Shown: positions 33,638 through 48,726 of the stretch, in pieces
Layout: the number at the start of each line of letters is the position of its first letter
How positions within the stretch are numbered: the first letter of the stretch is position 1
From: the human T2T-CHM13v2.0 reference genome, Homo sapiens
Direction: 5' to 3' (one strand)
Assembly: GCF_009914755.1 (NCBI RefSeq)
Contig: NC_060926.1
DNA: 64,000 nucleotides
Translations under genes and position numbers: made by a program
Notes under the pieces: generated by a model
What the model was told of the DNA's origin: nothing
The model's database searches: none
The model's input: the letters and a program-made list of their open reading frames with translations, nothing else

Positions 33638-33734
33638 TTTATTAACAGAAATCAAACTTATTGTCCAAAGTGACAATATATCAAAGAAATACATACCAAA
33701 ACCTGCTGCCATTATAGTTGTTAACATTTTTATT
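33638..33734 (-). terminator. Two candidate alternative polyadenylation signals (33729-33734, 33638-33643)
   Basis: tttatt twice on +; TGTA motif just upstream on the minus strand (33742-33745). Confidence 0.45.
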
Positions 33735-34559
33735 GCATATTTACAATGTGTGGAACATTATAAGGATTTACAGTAGAAGCCAAATTTCCCAGCCCTTAAA
33801 ATTTTAATAGGAAAAATCGAATAAACCATACATATTTTTGAAAATGAGCATTAGAAACACACAGATGATTATAATTCTATAGACTAATACAGGTGAATGC
33901 TGTATGTAATAGAACAGCTGGGAGAGGTAAAAGAGTGGATAAGAGAGTCATCAGAGTGTGAAAAAACTACAGCTGGGTGGTATTGAATAAAGAGACAATA
34001 TTGAAAATATTTTTAAACGCTAAAATGTCCCGTAAAAGCATAGCTATCCCCTATGCAAAACTGTGAGGTAGAATTTTTCCCACCCCGTTTTCTGCTCTTC
34101 TGGCCACCATTTGGGGGACTTCCCTGTCCAGGTGACTCTCTCTCACATAGCTGTACCTGGGGCTTACTAGCAATACATGCTTTCCACTACCCCCTCAACC
34201 TCATCACAGAAATAACCTTTTCTGTTCAATGATCAGTCTTACTTTACCTACTGAAAACGGGTGGTGAAAGTTAGTAACATAAACAAACCAGTGCTGTTTC
34301 TTCTAGCTAACATATCACCATGGTTGGGCTTTAACCTTTCAAGGAGTGAAATATTGCTAAAGTTTCAGGCATAGGAACCCCTTGAGGAGCTGTCTGGGGC
34401 AGACAGGTCTTTGCTTTCCTCAGATAGTTCCAATTGTCATCCTTGACCATGAACAATGCCATTGTTATTCCAAACTCACTTCTTCTAATACTTCAATATG
34501 GATCATAAAAATAGTTTACACCTTTATGCACATCAAAATACAAAATACAGGGCACAATA

Positions 34560-35085
34560 AAACTGAACTGGAAAAAGGTATGGCAGTTTCTTTTAAAACT
34601 ACCCTGTGACCCAGCAATTCTAATCCAAGGAATTTACTGCAAAGAAATGAAAACCTATGTTCACAAAGACTTACGTAAGAATGGTCATAGCAGCTTTATT
34701 TATAATGGCCAATCCTGGAAACAGCCCAGGTATCTATCAATAATAGGAAATTAAGAAAACAAACTGTAATATTGTCATACAGTGGAATACTACTCAGCAA
34801 TAAAAAAGAACAGCAATAAAAAAATGAAGCCTTGTAGAAAAGCGTACATGTTGCGTGACTCTATTTATATAAAGTTTTAGAACAGAAAAATCTTATGGTA
34901 GAAAAAGGAACAGTGGTTGCCTTTGAGGGTCAAGTAGGGACAGGAATTGACTGGAAAGGGCAGTGTGGAAACTTTCTAGGGTGGTGATAACGTTTCCTAT
35001 TTCCATAGCACTATATGCATTTGCCAAACCTCAGTGAACACATATTTCTATGCACTTCATTGCATGCTAATTTTATGTAAAAAAG
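34560..35085 (+). mobile_element. Old L1 (MC/ME) 3' fragment inside the 3'UTR
   Basis: accctgtgacccagcaattc...gaaatgaaaacctatgttcacaaagac...gaatactactcagcaataaaaaagaa. Confidence 0.75.
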
Positions 35086-38000
35086 CCAACAATGAACTCT
35101 AGTTAATGATATGCAATTTAAAATGCATCAAATAATAATATGAAATGATGAATGGATATGTGACAAAGCAAGCATAGGTAATGCTAATTAGCATCTAGGT
35201 AGTGAGTACACTATAAAATTATTTTAACTTTTTAATGTATTTGATAATTTTCATAACAAGATGTTGGGTAAAAATACAGGGTGCAATGTTTACCAAATAG
35301 TTTTGCTGAGAATTTCATTACTGATTTTATGACAGTAAGATCATCAAATTCTTCTAAGTGTCCATTGAGAAGTAAGTTTCTCTTAAAGGCTTCTGAGACT
35401 ATTCGTAAGTGTGATGTGAGCAATCAGTTCTCAAATCTACTCTGGTTTATAACTGTCAAAGTGGTATTTCGATCCTTTCACCTTTACAAAATACAATACA
35501 TATATTTTGATGATATATTCTGAGCAAATCTGTTGGCCATAAAGATAACATAAGAGTTAAGATGAGAAAACATTCCTAAGAGAAAAATCAAACATACAAA
35601 TTTTATTTACCCTAACTTCCAGACTAAAAAAGAATCTGTAACTGTAATAGAAAAGAAGTGAGGCTTGGTCATAAATAGTGAGTGGTCTACTGTGTTCTGA
35701 GTGGAAAGGCACCCAGTCATCTCTCATCTCTCCCCCAAGACAGAAGCATTTGGACACCCTAAAGACATGGTATTCAGCTTGTGAAGACTTCTAAGGTGCC
35801 TCCTGGAGATTCACTGGGAACTGGCTGGAGTTCAATAGCCCTTTTGTCAGAAAGTTTTCTACATGCCTAACTTAAAATCCCTAATAACACTGCTCCTGAT
35901 AAGTAGCAGTTGATAACTACTTTCAGTTAAGAATTCCTATAAAATTACATATAGGAATTATACATACAGCCTCATAAAGTTCTCCAAAAAAAATCTTTAA
36001 AAATGTGCCCACTGCTTTCAAAATATTTCATCATAGTTCTGGCTGTCTTTTGATCTCTAAGTTCTTCATGTTCTAGTACAGGTTCTGCTTTTTCTTGAAG
36101 TAGAGGGACTAGTGTTTATTCTCAAGCTTTCATGTTTGCTTTAAAATTCTGCAGTAATGTTGAGTCATATTAAGTGTCATACCCATGAACTTTTTTCAGT
36201 CTTAAAGACTCCCCTGTATTTATGCCAGCTCACGGAGTGTCCTTAGTTCTATGCCTCTATTACAGTATCAGTCGGCCATTTTCTGTTCATCATCACTGCC
36301 TGAGTTTACCAAGAGACTGCTCCTCTCTAAGCATAGCCAGCACTAATTGTGGTCTTTTCATGCTTTGTTCTGTTTTTTTTTTTTTTTTAACCTCATTATT
36401 GGGATACTTAAATAACAGATTTATGCTGTTGTTGTTTCTACTGGTCGGTGCTCGCTCACTAATATCCAATCCTAGTATGATTTTCTTTTACTTGTGTCTA
36501 TTAACAGGGTTATGTCACACCTTGTCAACCTCAAAACAGATGATACTCATCACTTGTCTTCCATCTTGCTGTTCTATTATCTTCCTACAAAAATAGCTAA
36601 TTTGTCAGATTTCAAAGCCTTGTTATTTACTGATGAGCTTACCAACTGGACCTTTTGTATCTTCAGTGTGTAATTCTGAAGATGCATTCTGATACACTAG
36701 TGAACTGGGGGTGACGGTGAAGGGGTGGTGGAACTAAGGGGGTGGGGCGGCGAACATAGGCAATATGCCATTTCCTCACCATCCCATGCTTGTCATGTGA
36801 GACAACAGAAAGGATAAAGAATACTCTATTTTTTATTCTGAAAAGATAATTATAGCAATGATACCTTCCATTCTGTTTATTTCTGGATATTTTGGCTTCA
36901 ACAATTCTTTATATCATATTTTATTCTTGAAATTGGTATGACTTCTCTGTTTTACAGCCTGAGATAAATTCTCAGATATTTTTTTAACAGTAAATGGCAA
37001 AGCCAGATTTTTGAAGCCAAGTATTCAAGCTCCAAACACTTTCCATTATATTCATTACAGTTCTTGTTTTAGCTGGTATGTTCTTTCCTCTACAAGTACT
37101 GCCATTATTTATGCTTCTTAGCTAAACCTAGACTTTTCAGTAGCATGTATGAAAGTCAAATAATGTCAAATGGTAAGTTTCTACTTCATTTTATCTCATC
37201 AGGGTATTTGTTGCTCTATATACCAGCATAGTATATTTTCTACTCCCAACTGAAGCTTTTCATTTTTAGGACTGAACGTTAACAATAAGTCTACTAATTA
37301 GGTTAACTGCTTAGCTATGTTCCAGCCATGTTTTTAATGCTAGAGAATTTTTCCTTTGGGGGCTTAAGCAAAGATATCCTAATCATACAGATCTCACTAC
37401 TGATGATAATATACTTAATGGTGCTTGTTTCTGCCTGTACCATTCCCTATAGGCTGAAGATGTAAAGGACATTAGCAACCACAGTATGTTTAGTTTTTAG
37501 TAGCAACAGTATTTTACTACGGCCTTGTGTACTTTGGGTAGGATGTGAGAAGGGGAGTAGTACATAATAATGCCCAATCTCTATTAGCAAGTAACTTACA
37601 ATGTAGTAGAGAATTCTGAACTATTTCTTCAAATGTAGACCATAGATTCAGCTAACTTCATAATCACATCATTGGTAACAATGGGTTTAGATCAGAGTAT
37701 GGTTTACTCATCACTGTTAGTAAGGTAACTTAATTGTCATGCTCACGCTAAGGAGTACGACACTAATAATACCACTCCGTATGTCAGCTAATAAGATAAC
37801 GAAATAACAAACATGTTAAGACTAGCTAACACATGGGAGCAATAGCCAATGTAAATTTGTATAAAGTGAGAAGTATTCAATCTTCTACCTAACAATGAAG
37901 CCTAGACCTGCCATCAATATCCCAGCTGGCAGGCTGAGCAGTTTCATCAACATCACCAATGAGTCACCAGAACTGAACAAAGTGACCAACAATGAGGACT

Positions 38001-38929
38001 GGGAACAAAGCCAATTTGACCTAAAATGAAGTCATCATTTTTGCATAACTCTGCTGGGTTAGACATGTGCGAAGAACAGATGCCAAACTGCCATTATATA
38101 TTAAGCTTACACAGGAGCAAACAAATGATAAAAGAAAAAAAAAATCCTCAAACAAACAAAAAAACCCAAAAAAACCAAAACAAAATGAAACTAACCCTGC
38201 CAGCGTTTCAATAATTCCCTGAGATGGGCTAAAGGAATGTGGGAGGTTGTGACATATATACCAATTACAAATGAGTGGTTCTTTCAGAGACTTGCAAGCT
38301 GATGTTAATTTATGACATAGAAACAGCTTGTGGTTTCAAACACACTGCAGTCACTTTTTTCACACGTTTACCTTAAGTGAGCTTTGACCCTATGGAAGAA
38401 AGTTGCTTTAGGGCATTACTGGATTTTCATTCATAACTCTATGTACAGATACACATATGAAAGCAGCAGCAAATTTACAGATGAGGAGCAATGATATTCA
38501 TTATGTTAAAATCATACTTGGCCTCATGTGAAACACTCAATTTACAAGTAACATTTATGAATCCTGCCTTATTTTACTTTTTGTAGGCAAGATAGCTTAA
38601 GGTATATAAAAATTAACTCATTTGGCAATTATAACTCCATGAGTTGATGGCAGAATTACTAACAAACCAGTTCCTTTCTAGCAAAGTCTTAAGAAAAACA
38701 TTCTAACTACTCTGAAATTCAGAAGAAACAGATATTGAGTATTGATATTTAGTTATTGAGTATAACTAAATATCTAAAGTAGTTAGTATCTAAGAATCTA
38801 AGAATAGATTCACTTGTAAGTCAGTTCTAACTTTAAAAAAGTATGTTTAAAACATACTTCAGACTGCAATGTAACAGGGATTATTACTAATGCCTATAAT
38901 ACAGCATTCATATTTAGGAGGAATGGGCA

Positions 38930-39830
38930 TCTGTTATGCATGAGCAAGACTGGGAATAGGAGAAGACAAGATTCCTTCCCTCAAAAGAGCTTACTGGGTA
39001 CAGACATAAACAACTGTAGAATGTGATAGCACCATCATGAAGACTGAAATAAATAATCACAAAAGTTCATACTCATAGCAGTAAAGCCCCAAAGGACTGA
39101 GAAGATGATTCAAGTATAGAAAGAACTTCCTGGATGTTCTCAGAAGCAGTGACCACATAAGACAAGAGGGAGCAGTTGAACTTTGCCCTGAACTTCCTGG
39201 CATGTTTGACTAGGAAAAAAGGCTGCACCATTAACCTAAATTGTTCCAGGAGGAAAAGGTGATAAATATTGTCAATCTTTAATCAAGGTTGAAATGTCAA
39301 CTAGGCAATTAAAAAGAAGTACAAGTCTAGATTTCTGGACCAGGTATGTAATCCAGAACATTGGTATAAAATAAAAACTCTAAGGATGAGATACCGAGAA
39401 AAGAGCCAAAAGCATTCTGAGGACAGGATCTGAGAGAGCACATGTTCAGCAGGCACATCTTAAATTAGGGTTATGCGACTGTACTCACAGTTATTTCAGA
39501 GGATAGCATCTTCAAGGAAGGAGACACTGTCTAGGAAAGGTTGCTCAATGGTGTAAATGTTGCAGAGAAAAGGGTAAGGGATTCAGACGGAGAAAAAAAC
39601 CATTCAGTTTGGTAACTGGGAGGCCATTGCTGACTTTCAAAAGAACAGTTTCAGTAGAGTGCTGTGTAAAACCAGACTGCAAGGTGCTGAGTAGTGAGTG
39701 ATGAGGATGTAGGGGCACTGGATGTGGATTTCTCCAAGAAGTCTGTCAGTCAGTGAAGAAGGCTGGAAAAACTAGCAGGTTAAAAGGGAGGGGTTTTTTT
39801 TTTGCATTGGAAGATACACGAGCATGTTTG
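38930..39830 (-). mobile_element. Decayed L2 inside the 3'UTR
   Basis: L2-like ggaggccattgctgactttcaaaagaacagtttcagtagagtg...aaccagactgca. Confidence 0.5.
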
Positions 39831-40517
39831 TAGACCTCAAAAAGGAACCAGTATACAACTCGTTTATAATTTTGTAATGACTACAAGACTAAAAAATAAT
39901 TTTTAATATTTTAAAAAATGTTCTGAAATAAAAATACATAAAATTTAAATTATATGCATTTTACCATTTAAACTTAATACAAACTTAAAAGAACTAGCAT
40001 TTCATGATAAATTTTATTTCTAAAGGGGTCATACAGTTCTGTTATTGGACTACTTCAGAATTTATTTTGCTTTTAGACTATAATGAGAAACTAAATTTTA
40101 TTAACAATTGCTATTTTAGTTCCTGAAAGATTACTCTGATATAAAGGATTACACTGAAGTAATTATGTATGCCTTCTTCCTCAGCCCTCCTCCCCTAAAG
40201 ACAAAGTATCTTCAGGGTAGTTAATAATTTTGAGAATATTTTTCAAGTTGAAAAAGAGAAAAATTAGAAATAGTATTCCATTATTAATAAGTTCTTAAAG
40301 ATCTAAATTGTTCACAATAATTTTTCATGATAAAACATGCTTATTTATTATATACACATGCTTACATATGTATTTCCTGTCTAAAATACATGCAACCACC
40401 ATGAAAAAACAAATATTAAACCATCCTCACAGTCCTAAGAATGCCCTTTTAAATAAGGCACTCATGTTTGGAAATAGGATGTAACTACTAAATTAAATAA
40501 GATGTTTAAAGAAGTCT

Positions 40518-40543
40518 TTTATTAAGCACAAACAACTTTTAAT
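40518..40543 (-). terminator. Candidate proximal polyadenylation signals ATTAAA (40538-40543) and AATAAA (40518-40523)
   Basis: tttaat and tttatt on +, about 570 nt past the stop; more AATAAA at 40097-40102 and 40013-40018. Confidence 0.45.
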
Positions 40544-41093
40544 ACATTATCAATACAAATAGGAAAAGGTCTTTTAATGACTATGATATATCAAAGATCT
40601 GAAAGGCTTTCTCTGTATTGACACAATAAAAATAATCAATTCTGAAGAATTACAAAGTAAAATTTTGAGGACACCACTGTCTACTAACAAGAGTTTAACT
40701 ACTGTCTAAATTTACTAAATCACCTGTGGAGGAAGGGCAACTTTTTTTTTTCTTTTTAATAGAGAGAATTCCTACTCTTATTAGCACCATTCAAAGCTTA
40801 TTATCAGTTGTTTGTCTACAAACTGACAGGTCAGGTAAAGCTTTAAAGCAAGTTTTCAGTGCAATGTTTATAGTTCCTTCTTTTAAGATACTTGGAATCT
40901 ACAGCCTCGAAGCATGTTAAGTAATTATGCCTTGGTAGTAGCAAGGTGTTAACATGTAAAGAGAAATGTGTCATGAAAAGAAATGAGACTTATTTTGGCT
41001 GTGAAATGCATCTTAAGGTGTGGTGGCTAATGCTGTAGTATGTTGACAACATGCGGGATTATGAACTGCAAATCTGTAGGTAGCTGGTAGCTA

Positions 41094-41223
41094 TTAGCTC
41101 TCTGTGGTCACCATTTCAGGATGTCTCAGCTGCTGCCTTTTGAGATTAACTAGTTTCATCCTGTCTCTGATGTTTTCTGCAGTAGAAGCCATGTCACTTG
41201 GACTCCCAAAATATTGTTCGGTT
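41094..41223 (-). CDS. SESTD1: SESTD1 last coding exon, 130 coding nt including TAA
   Basis: Acceptor gatttttAG; (G)[42 protein letters not shown] then TAA TAG. Matches my recall of the SESTD1 C-terminus. Confidence 0.95.
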
Positions 41224-42549
41224 CTAAAAATCAAAACACACAGAAAAACCTCAGATTAATACAAATCTATTAACTGCAGTGAATACAAATAGAAGCAAAA
41301 ATTTACCATAAAAAATCTACATGAGATAGCCTATGTGTAAATATCAGTTCATCGGTGATCATACTGTTTGAGCAGGAAATTCAGCAGGAAAAACATTTTT
41401 TAAAATGGCATAAAATACATTAAGACATGATGAGAAAAATATATTGATGGTATAAAGGTTATATCATGTGTAGTTATGATAATAGCAACAAATTGAACAA
41501 TGAAACACTGGAAATATGTGGGTCCAGAAGGATGCACAAACATAAAATTTATACAGGTACTTGAGTGCTACCGGCTGGGGACACCACTTGTCTATAGAGC
41601 TGGCAAGCAAAATAAATATTCTTTTTAATGTTATGACATTTTTTGGTACATTAACAGATAAAATTATTAATTTTATTCTACTCTCAAAGATACTGTATTC
41701 AGAATCACAGAATATTTTTAGAGCTGGAAGATTTCTTAGAAATTATCAGGTTAATCTCTTTATTTTTCAGATCAGAAAAGTGGAGCCTAGCAAGTTAAAT
41801 GATGTAAGCAAGGTCACCCAGGGAAAAACCAGAATTTGAACCTAGGTCTTTGAGCAGTGAATCCAGAGAGACCATCAATCTCTTTTATTTTACCAGGAGA
41901 AGGTATAAAAGAGAAATCTGTCTAACCTGTCAAACAAACTATACATGGCATAAACAGATTACCATTATATTAATAATTATGGAAAACACTACACACAACT
42001 TTGGGAAATATTTAATTCAGCAAAATACCTAAAAGAGATATACATAAGTTTTAATATGAATATAAAGTGGAATAAAACAGCAATTCCAAAATATTAAAGG
42101 TGGGTGTGAACTTTGAATATATAGTACTAACATTCTTTTATCTTAAAAGGATGGATGAGGAAATGACACATGGACTATCTGTGAAACACAGACGAGAAGC
42201 TGAAGCAAGCATACCAGGGAGAGGTGTTCCTAGGCTGACATGGGTAGAACAGGAGACTGACTGTGTGACAACTGGCTGTGAAATGTAGGAATCAGGGAGG
42301 GTAAGGGATCCTGGAATGGAACAACCAGAAGCACGCCTGTAATTCTGCTACTAGCTGAATTTTGTTGTCTTTTATTGCAGATGTGTAATACAACTTTAGG
42401 TGACTTTAGGCTACCTCTGATTGTTCAAGTTTAGGTGGGGCTTGAGATAACGTAAGTATAGACTATGAATAATATTATTTCAAGGGAATAAAATGCCATC
42501 TTTTCAATATCAATCCCAAATAATCACTGGAAGATCATGGCACAGTAGT

Positions 42550-42780
42550 AGCAGTGCTTATTATGTGTCAGATCTGTTTTAAGTACTTTATACTTATTTA
42601 GCTCAGGTAATTCCCACACCCCCATAACCTGAGGAAGGTATGAGTGTTACATGGCAGTTTTTAGATGAGGGAATTGAGGCACAAAGGTTAAGTGGCTTGC
42701 CCAAGGTGTTACAGTGAGTAAGTGGTAGAGCTGAGACCTCTGGCTCCAGAGTGCACAGACTCATCACACTATACCACAAC
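42550..42780 (-). mobile_element. MIR
   Basis: tttttagatgagggaattgaggcacaaaggttaagtggcttgcccaagg. Further MIR pieces near 41700-41870 and 43370-43590. Confidence 0.65.
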
Positions 42781-42885
42781 GTTAAAGGTACTTGTATTTT
42801 TATTTACTGGTTTGGTTACTCTATCATTTGAATTAAATATCCTCTGGATTATCTCTAAATTATTTTCAGTAAGAATCAGGTCTAA

Positions 42886-43213
<328 letters not shown>

Positions 43214-43918
43214 GAAGCTCTTCCTGATTCTTTTCCTGATCCATTTATTTTGCATCAGATTATTTCATATTTTTATCACTATTTGAAATGGAAAGGTGTA
43301 AGATAATCAGGACCCCATTCCTTCACACATAAAGAAATTAGAACGCCATATAACACAGTACAAAGGGAATGGGTTTGGAGCCACACAGACATACCTGAGA
43401 TTGTAAGTTTATGCTAACTCTTAGAAGCTGTGAAATCCTGAGAGCCTTACTTAATCTCTGTGGGCCTCAGTTTCTTCATTTGTAAATCAGGAATAATCAT
43501 ACTGGTTTGGTCCTCTTTGGTCAAAAGTAATGAAGGTGAAATGTTTCACTTGGTACTTGGCATATATTGTGAACTCACTAAACATCAATCCCTTGTCCCC
43601 TCTTCCTTTTCCTGAATGAAGCCCCAAGTCACACTATTCCCCACCATCATAGCCAAGGCTAGAACCCAGTGTCTTAATCTAGTCAATGATCATTCTACAA
43701 CAAGCTGTCAAGAAGTAACGCATCTGTTGTTGGCAAGTACCATTACTGTGGCTAAGAGGTGTGGATTTCTTTTCATTTTAAACTAATTCATCGTAGGAGT
43801 TAAAGATGTGGACCAAACCTAATTTACTTGGCTTTTTAAAGAATAGATTTCCTCTTTTAATGATTTCACTTTAAGACCACACCAATAAAAAATAAAATTA
43901 TAAGAACATGCCCCATAC

Positions 43919-44040
43919 CCATCAGGATAAACTACTGGAACAGTTAATCTATCCAAAAGTGATTTCCCAACTGCTTCAATTTCATCAAATTGCTCCTCAT
44001 CATTAATAGCTTCAGGCTCTTCTGGACAGTCCTGCAAAAT
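43919..44040 (-). CDS. SESTD1: SESTD1 coding exon (probably 17), 122 nt, phase 0/2
   Basis: Acceptor tttgttgcAG, donor GG|GTATGG; [40 protein letters not shown](G). Confidence 0.95.
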
Positions 44041-44983
44041 CTGCAACAAATAAAAGAGCAACATCAATCAAGAGACACAGACAGGTCTGCAGTTTCAGAG
44101 GATCACCCCACCCCACAAAAAAAAAGAGAGAAAAGAAAGACACAGAAATGGAATCAAGCTCATACAAATTTGGTAGATTAAAGGCATTTTCTTGTTCTTA
44201 GCATCTTCAGGTATACCACTATATAAGATTGATCTATTATTGGCAAAATTCTTCAAGAAATTCAAACAAACAAAATGAAATACATAATTCCTACTAACAA
44301 TATGGTGATTTCCAAGAAAGAAAATAACTAGACTACTATTTGGAAAATAAGTTCAATCTGTCCTTAAGAAGTATTCTTTCATTTATATTAAGTAACCATT
44401 TATTGAACAGTTTATGTTTATGTAGCAGTCTGGAAGGTGAAGGAGGTATAGACTGTGTTCTCAAAGAGCATATAGACATTACAAATGAAAAATTATATAA
44501 ATAAAAAACAACAAAGAGTACAAATAAATAACTGATGTGACAACTCAGCTAGATGATAATATTTAACAACTGATCTGCTGGCTTGAGTTAACTGCCATAA
44601 AATGATTAGGTTATAATTCAAATATGGTAATCTCTATAGTCCTTGATGAGATACTGTTCTTCACTCCACCCTAACCATTACCATTTAAATTAAACCACAA
44701 GAACTGCAAAATTTGAGAGAGAGAATAAAAAGTATTCATTTTTACAACTTTTTTTTGCATTACACTTTATCTAATCATGTTTACTTCAGCATTACTCATG
44801 AACGGACATTTTTGTATTTTAAAACTCAAGATTTAATTTAGATATTTTTCTAATCATTATACTATACAATTTGCTTATAGTTGTGGTTATTTATATTTAT
44901 GCTTATGGTATAAAATAGAATACAGTCAAGAGGAAAGTAATATCTGATAACAAAGGGCTTTACTTAGGTTTGTACAACAAGCT

Positions 44984-45076
44984 CCAGGAGGTGGAGCCTG
45001 CAGTGAGCTGAGATCATGCCACTGCACTCCAGCCTGGGCAACAGAGTGAGACTCTGTCTCAAAAAAAAAAAAAAAA
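44984..45076 (+). mobile_element. 5'-truncated Alu (end of right arm plus poly(A))
   Basis: ccaggaggtggagcctgcagtgagctgagatcatgcc...gtctc then an A run. Confidence 0.88.
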
Positions 45077-46259
45077 GTTATCAGTGGTGCTAGACATTGG
45101 GCCAATTGTCACCCTTTGACAGTGAGGTGATTGGGGGAGCAGTACTGTGATTACACAGGGTGGGGGGAGCTTCTGGGTGCTGGTAATGTTCTGTTTTTTT
45201 TGAACAGTACACTGAGTACACAGGTGTGTTCACTTTATGAAATCTCACTGCACAGAATACTTGTGGTATGTTTTCTATGTTAATAGTATACTTCATAATA
45301 ATAAAAAATTCTCATTGAAACAATCAGTAGATAAACAAGTTACACTATTTTGTATACTTCCACTTATCATCATTAGGCCCATGTTAATCAAACACTGATC
45401 TACGGAGTTCAATGACCAGCTGAGAATGAGTTAACTATGGACCCTTCCCAACAGATGTACTTCATAACTCAGATAGAAACTTTAATTCCTGAGGTTCCTT
45501 GCAACATCTGTTCCATGGATCAAGTTAGGTTTGCTAATATCTCAAAGTGTATCGAACATTCCCTACATATAAACTTTTATTGTAAGAGATCAAAACAAAA
45601 TTAACTACATAATAAAGTTCCTTTTCAGAATGGATATGTAAGGCTTGGGTAGAATAAATTCTTACTATGAAGAGTAAGAAAAAAGTTCTATTGAAAATGT
45701 GTCCAAATAACCCTGCATATTTTATTTTTTGTTTCTGAAATTAATGACCTTAATTCATTGAATAATAAATTCTAGAATGAATCTTTAAAGAACACATATA
45801 AAAAAGCATTTTACTTTTGTCCTTATTCTTATTTTTTTAATGTCCCGACTTTATAAAATCACAAGGTGCCTTTTAAAAAATGTGTGACAATTAATAGCAG
45901 TTGCCAAAGCAAAAAGTTTCCCTTCCAGGCATAACGAAAGAGATTGAACTCATGATACTCTAAAGAACAGAGGGCATATTCTGGACACCAGGCTTGGTGA
46001 GGAGAGAAGTGTAAAGAGAAGAAGACTACCAGGTGGTTCTGGATTTCTCCAATCATGGCTCTCCAGCACTGGTAAGGATTAAGGAAATTTAATTTGAACT
46101 CTCTAAGGCAATGTATTATATCTAAACAAACCGTAACAACGGAACTAATATAAATATTGAAAAATAGATTAGTCATATAGTTACATTACTAAAATTAACA
46201 TATTTTAAACACATATAATCAATACCACTGAGAATAACATTTCAAAAACACAAGCAAAC

Positions 46260-46451
46260 CTTTTCAGCATTTGAGTGAAATGCAATAGCCATTTCCAATC
46301 TATGTACTCTCTCTTCAGATGCTATTGTAAATTGTTTCCATACTCTGTTCAGTCGAGGAAGTGTATCCCCAGATGACCGAGAAGTGCAGCGCAAAGATTG
46401 GCATAACACAACTGTGGCCTGTAGCAACTGCCTGCCATAGTCATAAGTGCT
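46260..46451 (-). CDS. SESTD1: SESTD1 coding exon (probably 16), 192 nt, phase 0/0
   Basis: Acceptor cttttttAG, donor AAG|GTTTGC; [64 protein letters not shown]. Confidence 0.95.
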
Positions 46452-46659
46452 CTAAAAAAGAAAAGGAAACATAAAATTGTAATAAAAGAATTCTTAAGAG
46501 AAGGATGGGGAAAGTGTGCAGGAAGATTGTCGTTACAGTTAAGTGACACTACTAGAAATCAATACTGAATAAATCTAGTGGCACTTATTACTACAAATCA
46601 TCTGTGTGTATAAGTAATAAAGGGGAAGCTATGTTTTTGTTAGTTTATAATAAGTTTCA

Positions 46660-46953
<294 letters not shown>

Positions 46954-47119
46954 AATTGTTTTAAAATTTTTAATTAGAAAAAAGTCTCCTTCTGTTAGGC
47001 TTCCCCACTTTATTCTGTTTCCCCCATCGCAGTCTGCTTAAATTTCACTGGCCAGAAAGAATGTCTGCTTATGAATTAATCAAAACTACTTTCAAAAGTA
47101 GGTGAAATTAGGCACTTTA

Positions 47120-47491
<372 letters not shown>

Positions 47492-47862
47492 TCACCACAA
47501 AAAAGTTCTGTATTATTATGCTAACACTAGTGTGATGCAGAAAGTGAGGTTTCTTATTTACTGATATTAACATCCATTTCATATTAACTTCTGTGGATGA
47601 ACAGTTGGATTGCCTTAAAAATGCCGTAATACATAGCATAAATCAGAGGGACCATGCAGAACATGTATTCAGGGAAACGTAAACCCTCTCAAGTTTATGC
47701 AGGCTAGTTTTGATGCACCAGCTGACATTTTCTTAATTCTGTGACACTTCTGGAATAACAAAACTAACCTTCTTGTACTTGGAAGGTAAAGTTACATTAT
47801 AATCATGCAGAAAGCTATTCAAACACTGAGCTTGTGGAAAAGGAAGATAACCAGTTTTGCAC

Positions 47863-47985
47863 CTGTGCAACATCAACAAATTTTCTATGCTTTTCCAGCA
47901 AAACTTTCGTTTCTTGAGCATCATCGCCCAATCTGATGTGAGTCTTAAGCAGAGCATCCAGAAGTTCACTTAGCCATTCTACTGC
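47863..47985 (-). CDS. SESTD1: SESTD1 coding exon (probably 15), 123 nt, phase 0/0
   Basis: Acceptor tttgtttAG, donor CAG|GTGCAA; [41 protein letters not shown]. Confidence 0.93.
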
Positions 47986-48726
47986 CTAAACAAAAAGACA
48001 TAACAATGAAGCTGGATTCAGAACTCTTTACTTATTGTATCAAAATGTCATTTATACAGAGATTACTATCATGTGATTAATAAATCCGTTAATTATAACC
48101 TAAAGTCTTAAAAGCTTATTTCATTCAATGATAAGCTACATGAATTAATGACCTGTCCTACTCCTCAAAATTCTTTAAATCTGAAGGCAAGACATACTGA
48201 AGAAAAGCATTCTTTTAAAATTAATATCACATAATAAAAGATCATGTATTTCTGTATGTAGATCCATCAGGATTGCATTACAGATTTGTGTTACTACATA
48301 AAATCAAAAATTTTATCTATATCTAACTGAAATGATGTTCTCTGATGATAACGACAAAATATATCAAATTGTTTATCTGGTATTGAAATTTCTCTTGCAG
48401 ATGCAAGAGAGCAAAATGCAGTGTGCTCCACCAGATTTTATCCTGGATGTAACTGACAACCTAATCAACAATAATAAATAATAAACGATCCCAATCTCTA
48501 GCTCAATAGAGGATTATAGAGGATTTCATTGAGAAAATTAAGTTAAATGAGATCAATCAACTAGCTGGGAATACCAAAGTGTATTCTTCAACAAGATAGA
48601 TAAACTAGAACCTGACTTCAAGAATTTACTTTTTTAGGACCATGAAAAGTACACTTTTGTTTGTAGTTAGATAAAATCAATCTTCTAAGAAAAGTTAACT
48701 ACATAATGTAGCTGACTGCTCCTTAC

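Larger units (their letters stand above)
32885..41093 (-). other. SESTD1: SESTD1 long 3'UTR (~8.2 kb; distal end approximate)
   Basis: AT-rich, Alu-free stretch after the stop, ending at AATAAA 32905-32910 followed by U-rich sequence. Agrees with a recalled ~10 kb mRNA; the end itself is inferred. Confidence 0.7.

Noticed and set aside
36222-36596. 124-aa hydrophobic ORF antisense to the 3'UTR (also 56874..57257)
   Set aside because: Explained by T-rich composition or L2 sequence; no recognisable domain.
36706-36751. G-rich tract as an RNA G-quadruplex
   Set aside because: The G runs are on the plus strand, so the SESTD1 mRNA is C-rich here; loops are irregular.
38839-38859. AT-rich inverted repeats in the 3'UTR (also 35932-35959)
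   Set aside because: Arms of 9-10 bp are plausible by chance in AT-rich DNA and too short for a pre-miRNA.
45930-46080. Purine-rich block ending in a plus-strand donor-like CTG|GTAAGG; similar lone splice motifs near 4250 and 6230
   Set aside because: Isolated splice-like motifs are common; no exon chain or known homology could be established from sequence alone.
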